From positions 15,763 through 79,762 of the forward strand of contig DAPJ01000005.1 in the NCBI GenBank assembly GCA_002502095.1: a DNA stretch of 64,000 bases. The letters run 5' to 3'. The stretch's first letter is position 1; every line of letters begins with the position of its first letter. A program made the position numbers and the translations under genes. The notes under the pieces are model-generated. The model saw only the letters and a program-made list of their open reading frames with translations. It was not told where the DNA came from and did no database searches. Shown in pieces: positions 61,224-64,000 of the stretch. The stretch is from Euryarchaeota archaeon UBA62 (GTDB lineage: Archaea > Thermoplasmatota > Poseidoniia > Poseidoniales > Thalassarchaeaceae).

Positions 61224-62163
61224 GCAATTCTATACGCCTACCCCATACTCGAGGTTCGTGAACGACGGAGAGGTCCTAATAGCCGGAGTCGGAGGCTTGG
61301 GTTGTATATGGGCTATTGAGGCTCATTCAAGATGCTCAGAATTATCCGAGTTACTGTTAATCGATGCCGATGAAAGCTCCTTCGAAGGAGCTAACGAGGC
61401 TAATTGCTTGTATCTCGATGCAGGAGGGGAGGGCAGAGGCGCAGCAGCTCTTCCTTCAATGGCAACACACAGGCTGAGAAATGGTATTGACTCAATTTCT
61501 TCTCTACTTGAAGGGGCCGAGGTGCTCATCCTATTGACTGGTTTGGGGGGAGGAATGGGATCTGGTGCTTCGGGGGAACTGGCAAGGATAGCAAATCAAC
61601 ACGGTTGCATGGTTCTTTCTATCGCGGGCCTTCCCTTTGCAGAACAGCCACTAAGGTGTTCGATTGCAGAGGCAGCAATCCCTTCATTAGAAGTAAATTC
61701 CAGCGTGTGTATCAGAGTCAGTATGGAGAGATTAGCTTGGCAGTCTAGGAGCAGGAAGACGAATTGGATGACAGGTTCAGGTTGGATAGCGGAACTCGTT
61801 GAAGGACTTGTTACGACCCTAGCTAGTGTGGGAAGAATAAATCTAGATTTAATGGATATGAGAGCAATAATAAACAAAGAAGGAAATGCTACTTTGATAG
61901 TTGGAACGGGTGTATCTGAGAATCCTAAATCAGTAGTTGAGATGGCTAGAAACTCACCTCTAAATGACATTCCAGTAGAAGGCGCCAAGGGTTGTATGAT
62001 TCAGGTCGAAGGAGGCCCAGATATGACTCTAGCACACCTGACAGAATTAACAGACTCATTCGTATCATCCATGGACCCAGACTGCCAGGTCATCATGGGA
62101 GCCAGAGTTAGTGATGAGATGGTCGGTAAGCTCAGGCTCGTCGCAGTAGTTAGTGGGATTTAG
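61216..62163 (+). CDS. Divergent FtsZ/tubulin-family protein
   Basis: AGVGGLG, TGLGGGMGSG, INLDLMD, GAKGCMIQVEGGPDMTL, VIMGARV. Confidence 0.85.
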   Translation: MIEQFYTPTPYSRFVNDGEVLIAGVGGLGCIWAIEAHSRCSELSELLLIDADESSFEGANEANCLYLDAGGEGRGAAALPSMATHRLRNGIDSISSLLEGAEVLILLTGLGGGMGSGASGELARIANQHGCMVLSIAGLPFAEQPLRCSIAEAAIPSLEVNSSVCIRVSMERLAWQSRSRKTNWMTGSGWIAELVEGLVTTLASVGRINLDLMDMRAIINKEGNATLIVGTGVSENPKSVVEMARNSPLNDIPVEGAKGCMIQVEGGPDMTLAHLTELTDSFVSSMDPDCQVIMGARVSDEMVGKLRLVAVVSGI

Positions 62164-62198
62164 GCTTCATTAATTAACTGAAATCCCCTCTCAGACTC

Positions 62199-62495
62199 AT
62201 GGCTAAGGTCAGTAAGGCCAGAAGGGGTAAAAATAGATGGATAGGCCTGCACATCTATCAGAAACCAATTACTAGGACATTATTAGAGGATAATTTAGGA
62301 AAGATAATGGGCGATATCGACTGGAAATTATTTGATTTGTTCGACGACGAAATTCATACTCTAGCAATTCTGAGGACATCACTTGAAGATAGCTTGGAAG
62401 CAAAGAAAAAAATTAATTCTATTGACGGTATGGCGACTCTAACCACATCAGGTAAGATTAGGCTCGTAAGGCAGAGATTGGGCATCCATAAATAG
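62199..62495 (+). CDS. Rpp14/Pop5-family RNase P protein
   Basis: 'RGKNRWI' at the N-terminus and 'TLTTSGKIRLVR' at the C-terminus. Confidence 0.75.
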   Translation: MAKVSKARRGKNRWIGLHIYQKPITRTLLEDNLGKIMGDIDWKLFDLFDDEIHTLAILRTSLEDSLEAKKKINSIDGMATLTTSGKIRLVRQRLGIHK

Positions 62496-62499
62496 CTAA

Positions 62500-63810
62500 T
62501 TAGGGATAATTCCATTCCATCTTTTGAGCATCCGAAACCAAGACTTCACTGCCATCGACTTCTATGCACAAGAATCCATCATTGTCTAGTCCAATAATCC
62601 TGACCCTTTCATTCTCAATCTCAGCTACTACGCCTCTAGAAAGACTGGATGACAATGCCTTCCAGCTAGAAATTTCCAGCGACCTTTGATCAAGATCTGG
62701 TACCATTTCGAGTCTTTCAAGAATTCCAGAGACCCCACTGTCCACCATACTGAACACTTCTTCTAGGGAAACGTCGCCAATGGTATCGCTCCACCCAAGG
62801 CAAGGAATTCCATTAACCACCCTTGGTGATGAATTAATTCCAATCCCTATCCTAAAGCCAGGATTAGAACTATTCGCTTCAATCATTATCCCCCCTATTT
62901 TCTCCCCACGGATGGAGATCAGGTCATTGGGCCACTTCAGTTCACAACTTAGTGACTTCGAAACCGCGGCGCCAATCCCTATCTGTAGCATTCCAGGGGT
63001 GGAAATCTCGGTTGGCTCTCTGTTGATTTTCCACGATGCCAGTAAATCTCCAGGAATAGACTCCCATTTTGATCCTCTTCTCCCTCTGCCAGAAAGCTGG
63101 TCTCCTACAATCAGTCTCTGCCACCCCTCGTCCGGCAAATGAATCACTCCATCCATTGCAGAATCACATATTTCCTCTCTCTTTTCCTTTGACCCTGAAC
63201 CAGTCCTCCACATAGCAAAGACCTCCAATCTCTCATCGCCAATCCTCTTCATTTCCAATGATCTGCAAGACCACCCAGACATTAACCAGACAGAAGGGCT
63301 ACTGGGACTAATTGGGTCCGTTCTAAATAGAAGAACGACCGTCAAATCATCATTGTTCCTAACTTTCAGACTTTTCAATAACTCTTCTGACCAGCCACCA
63401 TCTCCCAAATCAGTCAGTGACGCCTCCTCGATAGGCTCCAATACCGGCCCATTAGGGTCTGGGGGATTGAGATATGGTAGATTCCATACAATCAACTTAG
63501 TTCCATCTGGTATGCCCCATCCATCCTCGCCAACCCCACCTTCTCTAACTATTACATTTCTCTCAAATCCATTTCTTTCTATGTTAGCTCTAGAACAGGC
63601 TACAGCATATGGATTGACATCATATGATAAAACACTCCAGCCGAGAGCAGAAAGTGCCATGGAGACCACGCCCGTGCCACATCCTATCTCTATTGCATTC
63701 GATGCATTCCCCTCCAGTCTTGAAATCGCCCTGCAGAGCAATTCAGTGTCCTCACGAGGAGGATAAACTGTCGGAGCCACATCAATTTCCCAAGGGCCGA
63801 AGTTTTCCAT
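62500..63810 (-). CDS. HemK/Mtq2-like methyltransferase fused to biotin--protein ligase
   Basis: VYPPREDT, EIGCGTG and WNLPYL, followed by QLSGRGRRG, KWPND and KIGGIM. Start uncertain (63810-63858). Confidence 0.85.
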   Translation of the reverse strand: MENFGPWEIDVAPTVYPPREDTELLCRAISRLEGNASNAIEIGCGTGVVSMALSALGWSVLSYDVNPYAVACSRANIERNGFERNVIVREGGVGEDGWGIPDGTKLIVWNLPYLNPPDPNGPVLEPIEEASLTDLGDGGWSEELLKSLKVRNNDDLTVVLLFRTDPISPSSPSVWLMSGWSCRSLEMKRIGDERLEVFAMWRTGSGSKEKREEICDSAMDGVIHLPDEGWQRLIVGDQLSGRGRRGSKWESIPGDLLASWKINREPTEISTPGMLQIGIGAAVSKSLSCELKWPNDLISIRGEKIGGIMIEANSSNPGFRIGIGINSSPRVVNGIPCLGWSDTIGDVSLEEVFSMVDSGVSGILERLEMVPDLDQRSLEISSWKALSSSLSRGVVAEIENERVRIIGLDNDGFLCIEVDGSEVLVSDAQKMEWNYP

Positions 63811-63818
63811 TTCAAATA

Positions 63819-63877
63819 TCATCCTCTTCATATAAATCATCACCCGCTCAGTTCTCAAAACATCGATTTTTCATCAG
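63819..63877 (-). ncRNA. Possible C/D-box-like sRNA or K-turn leader
   Basis: Minus strand reads CTGATGA-19nt-CTGA-4nt-GTGATGA-14nt-ATGA, with an AT-rich box about 25-30 nt upstream. Confidence 0.3.
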
Positions 63878-64000
63878 TAAACCTTATTTGTTGGCCTCAT
63901 AAATTAATCTTGCTTCCGTCCATACGGGAGGGGACCCGGCCACCGCTAGCCTTGCTCTTGCCGGTAGGTTCAAAAATACCCCCTCGGTCCGAGGATAGCC

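Noticed and set aside
63905-64000. GC-rich hairpins and terminal ccgaggatagcc resembling a tRNA 5' end or another ncRNA; open minus-strand frames also present
   Set aside because: Cut by the window edge, so tRNA, ncRNA, promoter (TTCAAA at 63969) and CDS end cannot be distinguished.

Overview
Gene-dense archaeal core-genome window. Archaeal markers (S15/S13e, archaeal GltX and PheT, type II GAPDH, ArcS, Pop5, Rpp21, aIF6), a 23S-5S unit with no 16S in front of it, and many large acidic secreted proteins and subtilases suggest Marine Group II Thermoplasmatota (Poseidoniales). That assignment is inferred, not database-checked. I count about 50 CDS, one 23S and one 5S rRNA, and I see no mobile element, prophage or CRISPR array. 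The strongest candidate for an undescribed system is the five-gene minus-strand operon at 54989-60783. It encodes a split cytochrome b6-type Rieske/cytb complex whose subunit IV (PetD) is fused to an extracellular domain and a cytoplasmic HdrD/GlpC-like module (2x[4Fe-4S] plus two CCG domains). The operon has no cytochrome c1/f gene; it has a membrane-anchored Reeler-like protein with a CxCH motif instead. Other oddities: pyroglutamyl peptidase-Nudix and HemK-BirA fusions, a divergent FtsZ paralog, an HTH-STAND-TPR protein, a degenerate RecJ-like gene after rps15, natural variants in the 23S peptidyl-transferase centre, a recurring TTCAA(A/G) promoter-like element, an unlisted 33-aa membrane ORF and a C/D-box-like element.
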